Assembly (NCBI GenBank): GCA_002269645.1
Contig: NIVC01000032.1
Location: forward strand, 806,001 to 870,000
Length of the DNA stretch: 64,000 nucleotides
Reading direction: 5' to 3'
Source: Macrostomum lignano
Lineage: Eukaryota
The translations under genes and the position numbers were made by a program. This document shows positions 62,406 to 64,000 of this stretch, one piece after another. The first letter of the stretch is position 1. Every line of letters starts with the position of its first letter. The notes below the pieces were generated by a model that did not search any database, was not told where the DNA came from, and saw only the letters and a program-made list of their open reading frames with translations.

Positions 62406-63350
62406 TTAATTAACTGGCTACTGACAGTAGTTGATACGACAATACGCGATGTTTTCAAATAAAACCCAATTAAAAATAAACAAGTATGCTAATTCGTCCG
62501 TTCGAAATCAGATAGACACCAGAGAGTCTCAGGAGACTCTTTGAAACAAAACTAACGAACAATTTCGATTTCAAGCCGTCAGAGCGGGATTAGCGGATTA
62601 GTAGATGTGATCAGCTGACTTGTAGCGATGGCAGTTAACTCGAAAATCATGCATGTAAGTCAATAGTATTTCTAGTCAGCTTTGTGTCGACTGGGCAGAC
62701 TAACAGTCGTTCGTAAAATAAATCAACTTTGGCGCTAGCATAGAAGCCAATATACGTAACAGCCCTGCACAGTGACCCAATCAGGCTAATGTAGCGTCCA
62801 ATCCCTGGCTTATCGTCACACATCTCGATTTCTCCCTAGCTGCTAGCTGGCCCAGCAACTAAAAAGGCTCCCAAAACCAGATTGATTTTTACACTTAACT
62901 GGCCGTAGCTCTGCACTGACCAGGTGAGTGCTTCTTCAACTCTGGTTGTTTTAATTGTGTCCATACGGCATAGTTAAAATTTCTTGTGAAGCTCCAAAAC
63001 AACAGCAGAAACCGCGGTCAACTGACCCCAATTACCGACTGGCAGAGAGACAATTGCATCAACATTGCTATTATTATCATAAATTATGCTAGATTAGAGC
63101 TCGCGTTTAATCAATTTGATCGATTGTTCTCCAAAACTTTTCTATTAATTTGGCAGTAGTCGCGTGTACGGAAACTGGACTGCGGATCACGGAGCAAAAG
63201 CCAACTCAGCGGCCGGTGTATAGTTGTGTACCAAACACAATTGCTTGATTCAATTAGCGATCCAGTTAAAGGCGGAAAAGGAGGGTGAGAGTTGAGAGAG
63301 TGATTATAATAGATTGGCGCGCACGCGTTTCGTTGGTCCTACGTTGCTTC

Positions 63351-63364
63351 GTCGCCATGGCAAC
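63351..63364. promoter_or_regulatory. RFX X-box GTCGCCATGGCAAC
   Basis: Near-perfect X-box palindrome centred on ATG 63357. Confidence 0.5.
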
Positions 63365-63716
63365 GAAGCAAAATAGTAGCCAGTCCTGGCAGGCTACGGA
63401 TGTGGAGGATAAAAGCAGACAGCTTGAGAGTTCTGGTCAGGAGAAGAAAGCGTTCCCAGCTCGAGCAGATATAAGCAGAACCGCCGTTGTCTACAGCGGC
63501 ATGTCACTGTTCAAGAAGACCAACACTGTTGGAACGAAAGTTCAAACGGCGATAGCTATGCCGTCGACCGGACCTGCTGGCGGCGAGCACGCCGCCCTCG
63601 CTGCGACCGGCGCTGCCGTTGCGCCGACGATAAAGTCGAACCCTGGCAGCGACGTTAACATGCAGCTGCTGTCGACTAGCAGCTTGCCGAATGACACGGC
63701 GGCTCACTTGTTCAAG
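63357..63716 (+). CDS. First coding exon of an unknown gene that runs beyond the window
   Basis: GC-rich open frame with GCCATGG Kozak context (alternative ATG at 63501); GTAT donor at 63717 followed by AT-rich intron-like sequence. Confidence 0.5.
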
Positions 63717-64000
63717 GTATACATAATATTTGTGACATATTTCCTTTAGTACTTTTCGAGAATTACCACAGGAGTACTTTTTATTCTGTTCCATTCTTTA
63801 TTTTGTATTTGTGTATGTTTTTGGGTGTTCTAGCTCTTTTATCAGATAGACCATGCTTTTTTACTGAAAATATGTAAAGGTAGCTAGCTGTAAATAGGAA
63901 GCAGAATACTTCTGCTTTAGTGATGCAATAAAATATAACTTCAGCGGGTGATGCAATTTTGGCGGATACAGGGGATGGTCAATGGGGTCGGCTGACCCGG

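Overview
Eukaryotic (invertebrate animal) genomic DNA, rich in microsatellites and minisatellites, with GT-AG introns. Gene content and repeat style are compatible with a free-living flatworm such as Macrostomum, but that is an inference and is unverified. Host genes: a two-exon DEG/ENaC channel (1447-3321, +), a six-exon condensin I kleisin NCAPH/barren (about 10968-28391, +), an intronless HMG-box-like ORF (30841-31551, +), a 7-EC protocadherin (large exon 54252-57162, -, probable last exon near 39117), and the first exon of an unknown gene (about 63357-63716, +). The main discovery is a 10,681-bp Ty3/Gypsy LTR element (15797-26477, -) inserted antisense in NCAPH intron 4. It has apparently identical 1075-bp LTRs and a 4-bp TSD. 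It carries a herpesvirus-gB-like (class III) envelope glycoprotein placed BETWEEN gag and the protease, in frame with pol. The glycoprotein tail holds a cluster of three ESCRT late-domain-like motifs (LYPSI, PTAP, PPNY), and a 3' accessory ORF encodes a putatively myristoylated RING protein. Three -1 frame changes separate what would otherwise be one Gag-Env-Pol polyprotein of about 2,439 aa. All family assignments are from motif recognition by eye; no database search was run.
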